Shown here piece after piece: positions 35,770-48,018 of a DNA stretch of 64,000 bases. A program made the position numbers and the translations under genes. How positions within the stretch are numbered: position 1 is the stretch's first letter; each line of letters starts with the position of its first letter. Source of the DNA: Lepidodermella squamata (Eukaryota; Animalia; Gastrotricha); contig JBLDXI010000017.1 in the NCBI GenBank assembly GCA_047495785.1, positions 3,782,001 through 3,846,000 of the forward strand, given 5' to 3'. The notes beneath the pieces were generated by a model. The model ran no database searches and had not been told where the DNA came from. It worked only from the letters and a program-made list of their open reading frames with translations.

Positions 35770-38700
35770 CCAGTCTACCAAGCACTCTATAGTATAGTGC
35801 TTTTTGCATTTATAAACAATTATTTCATTTTTGTCGAGTTGTTCCGGTTCTACTAGCTTTGCCTCAATAACAGCAGTGCTATTTGCCTCCGTTAGTTTTC
35901 TTCATAATTCGTCAGTTTTCTCCGAGTTTGAGTGCTGCAAAAATTCTGTTTTTAGTGACTTGTTTCATTTTTCAATTCAATTTAATTCACCTTTTCTTTA
36001 GGAAAAAATCAGGAAAAAATTAAGGGGCCCACCACCACCTCAGGTGAAGCTGTTAAACGGAAGTCTAACAGCTCACCTGACAGTAAGGTTCGTAAGGTAG
36101 CCTCAACAGTGAGGCTCTCTGACTCATCCAAGGAGGAGGCCATCGAGGATGCTGACGATGCCGTCGAGGACATGGATGCCGTCGATGAGCAAGGTGCTGT
36201 AACCGGTGCTGCTGATACTGATGTTACCGGTGTTGCTGGGGCTGCTGGGGCTGCTGTACCCGATGTCCCTGTTACTGTAGATGCAGATGCCCAACAAGAC
36301 TCAATGGACGCTGCCGATGGGTTCACGCTGGTGACAGGGCGTTCGAACGCTCAACCGACAGTCATCATCACCAACGTGTCCCCCAAATTCAACTCGATAC
36401 CTCAGGCAATGGAGGAACTTAAACGAGTTTCTCCTGATGTCACCTATATGAAAACCTACCCGTGCCCCCATGGTGCTATAGGCATACTCTGCCGCAACGA
36501 AGCAAGCTGGACAGCTCTCCTAACCAAGGCAGGGTGGCCTAAAGATGCCTTTGGTGGAAACGCCAAAGTGCACTGCCCAGCCGCCGCCAAGGACGCTGCA
36601 ACTGATCCTCGCATTAGGGCTATCTCTGACGCCCAGGCTCCCAAGGGCGAGGCAGCTCAACGGGCCGAAGCCTTCGCTAAGCGCAATGCTGAAGATAAGA
36701 GAAAGGTGTTGGTGCTTAACCTATTTGAAGGCGTCACGCCTGAGTACCTGCTCAAGGTCTGGCGAGATTTTGCGGAGGATGCATGGGTGGTCAATCCCAG
36801 GGATTTCAGGCGTGCAAACAACAACCTCATTGGTGTCCTGTGCCGAACCCAGGAGGGTGCGGATGAAATTGCTGATCGAGGCTATCCTTTCTTGGGCTGC
36901 ACTCGGTGGCTCGACGGTGGCGCCAAGGCGCCCACATCGAAATTTGCGATCGATGTTGTCAGCTGGACCACGACTTCCTTCACTGTCGTCGACCCCTTAT
37001 TTGTGGTACATGTGCGGAACCTGGGCACGAATACCGAAAGTGCCCTAACCCACCTGCCAAGCGGTGTGTGAGGTGTGACGACTCCCATTCAAGCTTCTTC
37101 CGTGGCTGCACTACGTTAAGATTTGCGCAGGAGGGCATTCGTCTCGCCCAAGAAGCCGAAGCTCGTGCCTACAACAATGGCCGAAGCAACCAGGGCGCAG
37201 CTACCCGGCAGGGTTTGTCATTTGCTGCCGCTTCCGGAGCTGGTGCCGGTCCTACACGTGCTGGTACTGCTATTGGTGATGGTACTGCTGCGGCTCCGAT
37301 CGCCATGGAGGTGGTTGGTACTGTTGTTCCGGGCCCTGTTGACGCTCCAGGTGCCATGATTTCTAGTGGCCCTGCTCCAAGTGCCTTGGGTACCCCAGTT
37401 GTCATGGGTGTCACGGATAACACCGGACCCACTCGCGGAGGTGCATCTCGTCAACCGTTCAACGTCTGGATGCAGTCTCGAGGCAATGTTTGAAGAACGG
37501 TTGTTTGCCAGGATCGACCAGTACCTGGATGGCCTTGTTCGCCCAAGCCGTGCAATCCCCGCAACCGCCTCAGCCTCAAACCATGATGTTCGCGCGGCCG
37601 CAATCTTCAGTGCCACCTGCTGCTATGCCGTTCTGGCCGCAAGCAACTGCGCCATCGTCCAACGATCCGGCTTCTTCGATGTTCGCCGCCTCGCAATACC
37701 CGCCACATCGGTCTTCACCCTACCGGGCGTTGCCGATCTCGGTAAGCCCACCGTATCCGATGGGCCGAGCTACCTCGAATTACCAGGTCAATTTGTCAGC
37801 GCCAGGCCAGGCTAACGCTCCGCCGGGTTACGCTGTTGGTCCCAGTCCTCCCGATCATGTCTAGGTCGCTTCCGGTTCGAATCATGCAGTGGAATTGTGA
37901 GGGCGTGTTAAAAAAGCAGTTCGAGTTCGAATATGCTATCAAAAAGTATAAACCTCATATTATTCTTGTTAATGAATCACATTTGCGTGAGGGTGTAATT
38001 TATGTAATTTGTGGCTGGCTTCAGGGTAGACCGCGTTAGCGTCGGTAATGGCGGCCGAGGTGGCGTGGTTATTCTAGTTTCGCATGCGCTATGTGCTACT
38101 CGAATGCGTATTTTCGTTATTCATGCGCCTGGCATAGTTGGCGAATGGTTAGCGCTCGAACTTGTACTAGGGGATGCTGCTGCATCTGCGCGGTTAGTTA
38201 TTGCTACCAGGTATAACCCGTGGGCAAGCGAATTGGATGTTGCGTTTCTGTCGCGTCTTTTCAGCAATGCTGAACCTGATGACTTCGCTGGTGATCTTAA
38301 CGCATGGGCGCCAGAACTATGCACACAGCTGTAGAACACCAGTGGCCACGCATTGAGCAGTTTTTTACAGAGTCCTGGGGTGGTTCTCCTGAGTTCGCCG
38401 CTAGCGCCGACGAGGTGGCGGGCTGGCAGCACGCCTCGAGTTTTAGATGTATGGCTAGGTTCACCGACTGCCTCGGCTTTAGTTCGATCGCCACCGCTTG
38501 TAGCTGAACAGCTCGGGTCAGACCACTGCGTGACCCTTTGCGACATTGATCTACCTCTTGCAGGTCGGAATCCTAGGCTGCCGCCGTCTGTGGCGCAACA
38601 GGAAGCAGACTTGCGTTTTGCTTTCAATCTTGCCAACTGGCCGGCCTATGAAGACGAGTGCCGGGCCAAGCTTCGATCTGTTGTTTTCCCTAGAGAGGGT

Positions 38701-41499
38701 GAAGCCATTACAGTACTCGATAAGTTCGCCGATTGCCTCACCGAGGTAATGCTCCTTAGCGCGGCGGTAACCATTCCGCGCGCTCTGGTGAGCAAACTAC
38801 CTAAGGCACGCCTTAATGCTGCGGCTACTAGGGCTATCGAATTGAGAACAAGTTGCGAAAAGCGAGAAAAAAGAGAGCGATCTGTTGCATCTAAGGCCGC
38901 TCTCAATGCGGCCACGCGGCAGGTGGCCCGGGAAGTAGGCAAGATCATTCAAGCGATCAGCGTTCGGCGTCTTACTAAGGTCGAGGAGCAGTTCAAGGCG
39001 AATTAATCAGCCATGGCCTGGCAAAATATCAAGGGGCTCTTGGGTGCGAGAAGAGCGGTGGTCGACGTGTTCTGCCTGCCCTAAGCCTTGCCGGCGGCCC
39101 GATGGTGACGTCGGAGAAGGAAAAAGCGGACATCTTTGCTGCTAAGTGGTCGCCAACGTCTCACTCTGCGCCTACTTCTAGCCCCTATGCTTGCGATGAA
39201 TTTTTTTGGCGTTCTATAGATATTGCTTGCGCTGGCGATGCAGATCTTCATGCGCTGAGCGTAGTGCCTGCTTATTTTACGCTAGTGTTATCGCGTCCTG
39301 CGTTTAATTCACAATTAACTAGGCTGAAGCTCACGGCGCCTGGCGAGGATGATCTATTAAACCCGCTAATTAAACAAGCCCCAGCGGAATTACTTGAGGC
39401 AATTATTTATCTGTTCAACCTTAGCCTTAATACTGGATACGTGCCAGCCAAATGGAAGGAGAGTGTAACTGTCCCGGTTCCGAAGCCAGGCAAGTCGCCC
39501 TCGTCGTTCGAAGGTTATCGGCCGATCGCTCTTATTAGCTGTTTGTCGAGGCTGTTGGAATCTTTATTGGCCCGTTTTTTACTTGAGTTTTGTGTTTCGC
39601 ATGGCAAGTTACCGCCTGGTCAGGTGGCCTTTCAAGCCCACAAGTCTATTCTAGACGCAGTTATCCGGCTTCTACATGACGTAGCTGAAGGGCGAGCGGA
39701 CCCTGAGCGCCTTGTAACTGTCGCGGCCTTCATGGATCTTCGGGCAGCCTATGACTCGGTTTGGTTGAACGGTCTACGGGTCGTACTTCAAGGCCTAGGC
39801 CTTTCTCCAACCGTTGTCCGTTGGCTGTCCGACTTCCTAAGGGATCGATCTACGAAGGTTCGTGTTGGCCGCACGGTTAGTGCACTCTACCCATGTGAGT
39901 GCGGGGTGCCTCAGGGCTCCCCCCTGTCCCCGATCCTTTTTATCCTTTTCACGGCTGCCTTTCTGACTGTCGCTGTGAATGCTGAAGACGCTCAACGTTC
40001 CTCAGCGGCTGCGGCGTATGCCGATGACCACGCTCTGTGGGCAACCGGGACCCCTGCTGCCAACGTAACAGCTCGGGTGCAGGGCGCAGTGAGAACCTGC
40101 GAACGATGGTCTTTGCGCTGGCGACTCGACTTGAACCCAACGAAGTGCGAGGTCGTCGCTTTTGGGGCAAATGCCAACGTCCATGCGGGTCGACTCGTGG
40201 TTGGTGGTTCGGCCATACTCCGCTCAGAGGAATTTCAATACTTGGGAATATGGTTAGCAAAGCACCTCAATTGGCAACGACAGGTTCATCATGTGCGTGG
40301 GTTGGCAACCCAGCGTCTGGATGCCCTTTATCGTATGCGGGCTACTAGTCACCAAAGACTAGGCCTGTTGGTGTACAAGGCCGTCAGCCGAGTTTGGCTG
40401 CCCGGCATTCGTAAACATGCACGAACGGCACATGCAGCAGTTGTTAGCGATCGAGAAGCGCGCATTAAAGATTGTGCTTGGTCTGCCGCCTTGGATATCC
40501 ACGGTCGACTACAACGCCCGCGTCACGGCGGCCTTCGCTGGTTTCATCGACTTAGCCGAACGTTTCGGCAAGCTGAGTTTTCAATTCTTCAACAAGGCAT
40601 TGGAGTTTGGTGGCCCTATCGCTGAGCTTGTTCGTCTTGCTCGCAGCAACCCCTGTTCTGAAAGCAGTTCACCTATTCGTTTTTTTCTAGACACCCTGTT
40701 GGGTGCTGGCCCACTCCCAGTCACTCATGTCGCGGTTATCCGCCCGGCGGTGATACAAGCAGTGGTAGTAGGGCAACTGGTTAACGACGGTGCCTTAATT
40801 TGATGGGCCTCGCAGTTACCCTGTTTCTCAGTTTTTGCCAATATCTGGCCTTTGTAATTTTGTAGTTTTTTCCAATTTTCCAATTTGCAGCTTTCTAGCT
40901 TTCTAGCTTTCAAACTATTTAGCTTTCCAGTGTCTAGATATCTAGCTTAACAGGTTGTTTCTGGCTGACGGGCCCTTGGTGAAAGAAATTGATGCTTTGG
41001 GCCTAGGCAGTTGGCTTTCACTTTTTGCTGGTAACGAGTGGGCTCCTGGCTGGAGCAGTCTATTGGTATGGTCGGTTACTGCTCGTCGTTGCAGGCAGCA
41101 GTTGGCCCCCGGGTGGCGACGCGCTAAGGCAGTGGCCCGGGGCGAAATTGGAAGTGCTTTGGTGTTGCTGGCTGACAGAACTACTAACTTGTATTATGTG
41201 TAATTATTACTGTTATCGGGATGCTACTATGTCTGTAAATTTAATATGCAATGCAAATTTGATATCAAAGAATGTGGTTACTCAGACTATGTAGGTGTTG
41301 ATGATTTAGGATGCGTAGGATGCAATTTGTCTGAACTAAGGGTATTTTTTCACAACTTAATTAATTCTAGGACCCTTAAGGCCCTATGAGCCCAATACTT
41401 ATGTGCTGTGTATATCTACTCGATTTGAAGCCCTCCACATTTAACCTACGGGTTGGTGGAGCGGGCCATTTGAAAAATGTTCATAATTAATAATAAAAA
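35770..41499 (+). mobile_element. Near full-length LINE family C (I/Jockey-group-like, no RNase H): ORF1 ~36001-37864, ORF2 37857-40803, 3' UTR with A-rich tail; frameshifted
   Basis: ORF1 has three knuckles (CDRCCQLDH, CGTCAEPGH, CVRCDDSH). ORF2 has IMQWNCEG, AGDLNA, GSDH, APGED, YRPIAL, DLRAAYD, GVPQGSPLSP, YADD and YLGI. The ORF1 stop overlaps the ORF2 start (ATGTCTAG). The element ends TAATTAATAATAAAAAA. The 5' boundary is approximate. Confidence 0.9.
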
Positions 41500-41529
41500 A
41501 CCATTTCAATCCTGGCTACGCCTCTGCAT

Positions 41530-42100
41530 CCGTGAAATTCACCATGGAAATTGAACAGAACAACCAGATCGCTTTCTGTGGTGCTCTCGTGAAGACAACT
41601 GGGTCGGTTCTAAAGACTGAGGTACTTATACCACAAGCCTACGGACAATGGGCTGTTGCTGCACTTCCAGAGTCACACCGACACGAAGTATAACGTGCCT
41701 TATCAAGATCATGCTGTATCGCGCTTACCGGCTTAACAGCGAATGGCTCGGATTCAACAGGGTAGTTGATCACCTTCGTAAAACCTTTCTGAATCTTCAA
41801 CATCCTTTAGCCATGTTTGAGAAGCTTTTGGCATCGTTGTCGACAAGGTTTACCCCAATGGTATCGAAACCGATGTAACGAAGATCGAACCTGTACGCTT
41901 CGTGTTACCCTACAAAGACGGGAGAAGTGCTCGACAAGTCAAGACACACTGCCTGATAGCTTTGACATCCACGCACACTTTAAAGTGTTACGCAAGTGTC
42001 GCAACAGGTGGGACTGCTTGGTCCACGAGAATCTACTCATCAAGCAGACGAAGACGCAGTGAGCCTCAACGTGCATGCGTTGTAGTGTATGCGCAACAGG
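41530..42100 (+). mobile_element. Penelope-like element RT C-terminal remnant
   Basis: KFTMEIEQNNQIAF, YHKPTDNGLLLHFQSH, LIKIMLYRAYRLNSEW and LPY motifs. Confidence 0.75.
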
Positions 42101-42229
42101 ACAGAAGGGAAAACTCTCTAGTTTATTGCAAGTGACTCATCAGAAAGTTTCGCATGTACAAACATCTCTCTAAGTCGCGTATTTATAGTCCATAGAAAGA
42201 TCTAGATTAGAATCTTCTGGAATGTTGGC

Positions 42230-43760
42230 CTAGTGCAATTTTGGCCAAAATCGGTACACATTCTCGACACCTTCCCCTCCAAGAAGACATCCAACAACCA
42301 GAATCCATCCTGCAGTTCGACTCCAGGTCTTGTAACGACAAACATTGCCAGTTGCCTTACAAACCTCCATAGCCAACGTGCATCTTGATTCTTCCGAACT
42401 CGCCTCGAACCAATATCGAGCGATTCGCTTGACGAATGACCCGATTCGCAATCGCCGGCTCGTCAAGAATTCACACATACCAGCACCTAGCCATGCCGTG
42501 GTAGCTTCATCATTGCCTTGATCAGACTCCACCAACGTTCCCGGTGAACGAATCGAACTCGCTTCAACTCGCCGTGAGTCTGCGCCAAGCTCCTCCAGAC
42601 CAGAGAACACCAGCGCCCCTGTTGAACGGATCGAAACCGCTTCCACCCGTTGTGAATCTGCATCACGCTCCCTGCTAGAAGCATCCACCACTAACCTAGC
42701 ATCTGCATCGGTCGCTGTAAGCACTAAGCACATTCCTGGATTCCATGGACTTGATCGCCGTGGGTCGGACTGGGTCGGACATAACTTCCGTTCCCGCTCG
42801 CCACTGAGCCGAAAAATCTTACCAGTCTGCAGATCCAATCCCAGTCCAAATCCAGCTTTGGAAGCCAATTCCTTCCAACCAAGTTCTCACCTGGACCAGG
42901 CACCACGACAGCGGTTAACAACGACGAAGACATCGAACCTGGGACCCGCACGTCAAACGTGGACACGCCCATCGCCTTCCCGTTGCCGAAGATCGTCGTC
43001 ACAGCTACCTTGACATTCGCCTTGTCGAATTCCCGGTTACCGAACTCCTTGAAGTACGTTGCCTGCGATAGAACCGTAACCTCAGCTCCTGAGTCGAATA
43101 GAAATTTTACCGGCTTGCCATCCAACAACAATGTCAAGTAGATCGGTGGCGAACCTTCCAGCCAACCCGCTTCGCCTATAGCCAAGGTCGCGTAGATCTT
43201 GAAGTTTTCGCACGACTCGCTCGACTCACTCGATTCACTCGATGAGCTCGACGATCGCCACTTGACTTCCACTGCTTGCGCCGCTTTCACTGATGATCTC
43301 TTGCCCTTCTTCTTGTTCGCCTTGTCGTCTCTATCCCGTGACTCCGCCTCCGAGTCGTTCGGACAGTCCCTGGCCCAATGCCCGACTTCATTGTTGCACT
43401 TCCGGCAGGCCTTGCACTGCTTGGTCGAATGATCTTCACCACCGCAGTTGTCACAGAGACGACTACACTTGCTCGCATTCTTCCTCCATCCGACTCCATG
43501 AACTTCCACGCCATCGCTTGCACCGACCCTGAAGACTTGAGCCGCCTTCTGAGCCAACTCCAACCTAGTTGCGAGTTCGACTGCCTGCTTGAAGGTCAAC
43601 TCCTTCTCGGCCATCATGCGCTCCTGGATATACGCGTCGTCGTAACCTGCGACGAAACAATCCCGCAATCGCGCCTCCTCAGGGTCCTTGGCGTCGTCCT
43701 TGAAGTTGCAGTTCTTCGCGGTCGCTTGCAGAGCCGCACCAAACTCGACTGCCGTCTGGT
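42230..43760 (-). mobile_element. Ty3/gypsy (Mag-like) gag-protease fragment
   Basis: LRDCFVAG..IQERMMAEKELTFKQAVELA, two CCHC knuckles, and an aspartic protease (FLFDSGAEVTVL...NLVGRNWL). No RT follows. Confidence 0.85.
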
Positions 43761-44295
43761 TTAAGGTTTAAGGTAAGGTTTAAGTTTACCTCTCATTTCC
43801 AAAGCAACAATTGTTGCGTATTGGGACTCACCATTGTTCGCGTATATAAAATGGAGCAATAGAAGAAAATTCCTATGTTCGATTAAAAAACCTATGTACC
43901 AATGAGAGAAAATTTGCAGGTTTTAGAGGTTTTATCCGCTAAACCTGGTTTAAACTCAGAATTTTTCAAACCATGTACGAGGAGGTTTACAAAAAAACGG
44001 GTATTACGGCCCAACCGGCGGATGGCGCGTCTTATAGCGCCATTGCTCGATGGCGCGGAATTCAAAATTTCGAATTGAGAGTGCATATAATATTCTTATT
44101 TCCAATATTCAGTAAAATATCTGAATTTTCGGCAGCTAAATTAATCGCAAAACTTCTCGACCGTCCCGACTATTTCGTTTGCGATCGGTCAATGATAAAC
44201 GTTTTCTGCGTTGAATTTATCGCAAAATAATTATTATTCAAAATTATCATATCGCCAATTTCATTTATAATTGGCGAATGCTCAGGTAGGCTTAA
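43761..44295. mobile_element. Partial inverted copy of the 33166-34032 element
   Basis: Highly similar reverse complement of ~33475-34000. Confidence 0.8.
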
Positions 44296-44823
44296 ATATA
44301 ATTTCAGGCATTGAACTATTATATATTATTGCCCCCAATCCGCCCCGTTCGCCAATTTATAAATCGAATTAATTTGCCCAAGAAGTTTATTTTGCTACGC
44401 TCAGGTCATTCGAGCTGAAGTAAGAAATTAGGTCATACTCGTGTTCAGAATTTTAGAGACATGAACACAATTTCGTAATCATAATGGAAGGTATCAGGTG
44501 AGTTTTCATTGGGTTTTCAGCCCAGTTCAAAAATACTCGCGTGAGAACTAGAAATGACGAACTGAATTGGCATGGTGCAGCAACGCGGCCGCGTTGTCTC
44601 ACTGTTTCGTAACTATGGGTTGTCCTTTTTTCCAGGGCATATTTTTTTCAAATGATTTTAAAATTATTTCAAATTCAAGCATGGGGATTCGCCCAAGTTC
44701 TTATAATCTTTCTTATGGTTGGTTGCCTCGTTGACATGGCTCCTCGGCGGTGTTTGTGAGAAGCCATTATAATTCAGTCGGTTCATAGTTGGCGGAAATT
44801 TTTTTCATCAAAATTCAAGGCTA

Positions 44824-45263
44824 CACTGTAAAAAATCTCTGGCTATATAGCAGTTGGTATTTAGCCACTTTGGGTATTTACTGTTTCAAAATTTCGAATA
44901 AAATAGGATAGGATAGATATGAAATAGCCAAAAATATTTAACTTTGAGAGGAATCCAATTAATTCTCCATATTTTGCTTTAATGATAATTACAGGACGAA
45001 ATATACCCATTTATAATGGGACTGCGATAGCGATGTTTTTGGCCTAAGAGTTAGAAAAGAAACTTTGCGCAAAACAGCAGCCTTGCTCATTTTCAAATAC
45101 AAATTTTTCGTTAATTACCCAAAATAATTTCATTTTGGTAAATAGTCCGCGTAAAATAATTTGAAGGGCTAAATAGGAGGTTCTATGGGGGGTTTTTATC
45201 CAAACAACAATAAGGGCTCGAGGGGCTAATTAGCGGATATATAGCCAGAGATTTTTTACAGTG
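44824..45263. mobile_element. MITE with CACTGTAAAAAATC TIRs and TA TSD (CACTA/EnSpm-like)
   Basis: TA|CACTGTAAAAAATCTCTGGCTATAT...ATATAGCCAGAGATTTTTTACAGTG|TA. Confidence 0.85.
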
Positions 45264-45299
45264 TAGCTAATTTACAAAGAGAATAGTCCTCGGTCCTGA

Positions 45300-47030
45300 T
45301 CGTCAAGCTTTGCCTCGGGTAGGCCGTCGAGATTCTAAACGTGTCTAACGTGTGCCCACTTCGTGTAGTGGTCGACCACCGTGAGTATCCACCTGTTGCC
45401 ACGCCGTGTTCGGGGTAGCGGTCTGACGAAATCAATCGAAATCATTTCGAACGGGGATTTCGCATCCAGTGACTTCAGCGGGCCTTTCGTCGCTACCGTA
45501 CTCGCCTTCCTGATTTGGCATGTCGCGCAACCTTGGCAGTGCGTTTTGACGTCAGACAACATTCCTGGCCACCAAAACTGATCCACCAAAATGCTTCCTT
45601 GACGTTATTGAACGCATTCAACCTTTCTTCTGTCCACCTTATCTGTTTACCACCTTCATTCGCTGCGTCTCGCAAAGGGGCAGTCATCTCAGTGATGTTT
45701 GCCGTGAAGCCTCTGAGGAAGCTCGCCAATACTAGAAAAGCGCGCATTTTCTTCGGCGTTGTCGGTAACTCGTAGTTTCGAATGGCTTCGAGATGCTATG
45801 GCAGTGCCCAGATACCATCCTCAGAGATTTCGTGCCCGATGAACTTGATTTTGCGCTGAAACAACTTACACTTCGACGGTTTGATCTGCAGGTCGTGACT
45901 GCCAGATCTGTCAAGCGTCTCCTTCAACCTCGCGAGCATTTCTTCCTCGGTGTCACCCCAGATAACAACATCGTCCATGTAGTAGACCAGGATCTTGTAA
46001 GTCAACCCGTCCAGAACCTTGCTGATCATTCGGCAATAGACTGTGCCGGCGTTTTTCAACCCGAAAGGCATGCGTGTAAACGCATAGTGGCCGTCTCTGG
46101 TCCTTACCCCGAGGTACTTTTGCGATTCTTTGTCAACCGGAATGGCCCAGTAAGCGCTTTGCATATCTAGTACGCAGTAGAACTTGTGTCCAGCGGCTTT
46201 TTCCAACAAGTCGGCCATCAGCGGTATTTCTTGAGACTCATCTTCCGTCAAGTCGTTGATCGGCGTCAAATCGATTGCTACCCTAGGATTCTCCGGATCC
46301 TTCGTCTTTTCGAGTACAACCTCGCTTATCCAGGGTGTGTTTGTTTTGACGACAATTCCTTGTTCTTCCAGTTGCTTGAACTTCTTGGCGATGAATTCTT
46401 GGTCTTTCTCGGACCGCCTTCGAGGCTCGGCCTTGACCGGTTTTGCTGCTGGGTTCGTTATCTTGATCGAAAACGTTGCCGACTTGGTCTCTTTAACCTT
46501 GCCGTCGAACGAGAAACAGTCGCTGTAGTCCCCGATCAGCTTGAACAGCTTTGCCTTGGCCTCGTCCGATATCTCACTACCTACTTCAACTGCGCTGAAG
46601 TCTTCAACCTTCGACCCGTCTGGTGGAAAGAGTGCGCTATCATCTTCACCTTCTTCTTGTGGCTCGTCGTCTTCGCAGTCCTGGAACCATTCTTCCGACC
46701 TTTTGCGCAGATAGGGTAGAGCCGGTTGCTCCCACCCTATTTCTGCATTGAGCACGGTCATGACGTTTCCGTGTTTCTCAACCTTGGGCATCTGAACGCT
46801 CCAGCTGCTGCTATGACGGTTCTGAAAAAGGATCCTGCCTTCATGAAAATCAACCATTGCCCGATTCCTGATGAGAAAATCAAGGCCCAGCAACAACCCG
46901 CAGCTGATATTTTTAACTACCTGAACATTTTGGCTGAACTTCAAATTTCCAAGATGAAAGTCCACCGCTCCGCAACCCATCGTGTTCAAACGGCCACTGT
47001 CTGCCGTGGTCAGAAACGTTTGAACCTTTG
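45300..47030 (-). mobile_element. Ty3/gypsy pol remnant: protease end, RT, partial integrase; RNase H deleted
   Basis: LLLGLDFL, LDMQSAYW, RMPFGLKNA, YMDD and FIGH (RT). The sequence then jumps to WWPGMLSDVKTHCQGCATCQ..PFEMISIDF..VDHYTKW (integrase). Confidence 0.9.
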
Positions 47031-47154
47031 AAAACGTTTCCGAATTGAAATAAATTCTGGAAAATTGTAATGTATTTGCACCGAACAGTCTCTATTCAAT
47101 TTTAACCTTTTAAAGCACATTTTTTTTAAATTTCCCTCTAAGAAAAATCAAAGC

Positions 47155-47857
47155 CAGCGTTTCCCAAACCGTGTCCTATAGGACACTCGTGTACTAAGCC
47201 AACTTTCAAGTGTCCTGTAGGACACTGGTGTCCTATGGGCCTCAAAATGGCAGAAGGACAAAAATAGGTAGATCCACACTAAGAAACAAGGCATTTTTGG
47301 ACCATTTTCAGACTCAAAATCGGGAAAAAGCCGCCAGCTAAAGCTCGATTCGCTCGCGAGTTGCCTATTTATGAAATATTTTATGAAAACATTCGATCGG
47401 ACGGTAACCGGTACTTTCCGCGTGGTTTGGCTGAATCTCTGATATGATAAATGATAGAATCAATTTTTGAAACTGACCCATATCCCTTGTTATTTAAGCA
47501 CGTTACAGATTGCACCTTACGACATGATTAATTGAAATTTCATAATTGATGAGTGAATTTCTGGGAAAACCCCAAGGCATAGCCTCAATTTTAAGATGTT
47601 ATACGTCGTTTTTCAGTGTCGAATTCTAAAAATTTTCTCGCTTCGCTCGCGTTTGGTTTGCATTTTATCCGGGATTTTATCAATTTCGAGCTCGGTTGCC
47701 ATCAAAACCAATTTAAACAAGCAATCAATTTGCAGCTCAAAAAATTGTATCCGTTCCGAACCAAATTTCATTCATTTTAGCATTCATTTAGTGTCCTACG
47801 AGCCATTCTCATAGGACACTACTGTGTCCTACCAGACAAAAAGTTTGGGAACCGCTG
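47155..47857. mobile_element. hAT-type MITE with 8-bp TSD
   Basis: ATCAAAGC|CAGCGTTTCCCAAAC...GTTTGGGAACCGCTG|ATCAAAGC, with GTGTCC/GGACAC subterminal repeats. Confidence 0.9.
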
Positions 47858-48018
47858 ATCAAAGCGAACTATCGAAGTAGAATTATAGTTGTCTTAATTT
47901 TAGCGGAGCTTTCATAATTTAAATATAATTTTTTAGCGGAACCAAATTCTGGAATAATTAATGCAAAACCACTTTTTGAAACTTTCCGGAATGTCATGAT
48001 TGATCGGCATAATTTATA

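Noticed and set aside
42130-42160. Hammerhead-like CTGATGA and GAAAC near the Penelope remnant (minus strand)
   Set aside because: The spacing leaves no room for stems I and III, and there is no stem II closure.
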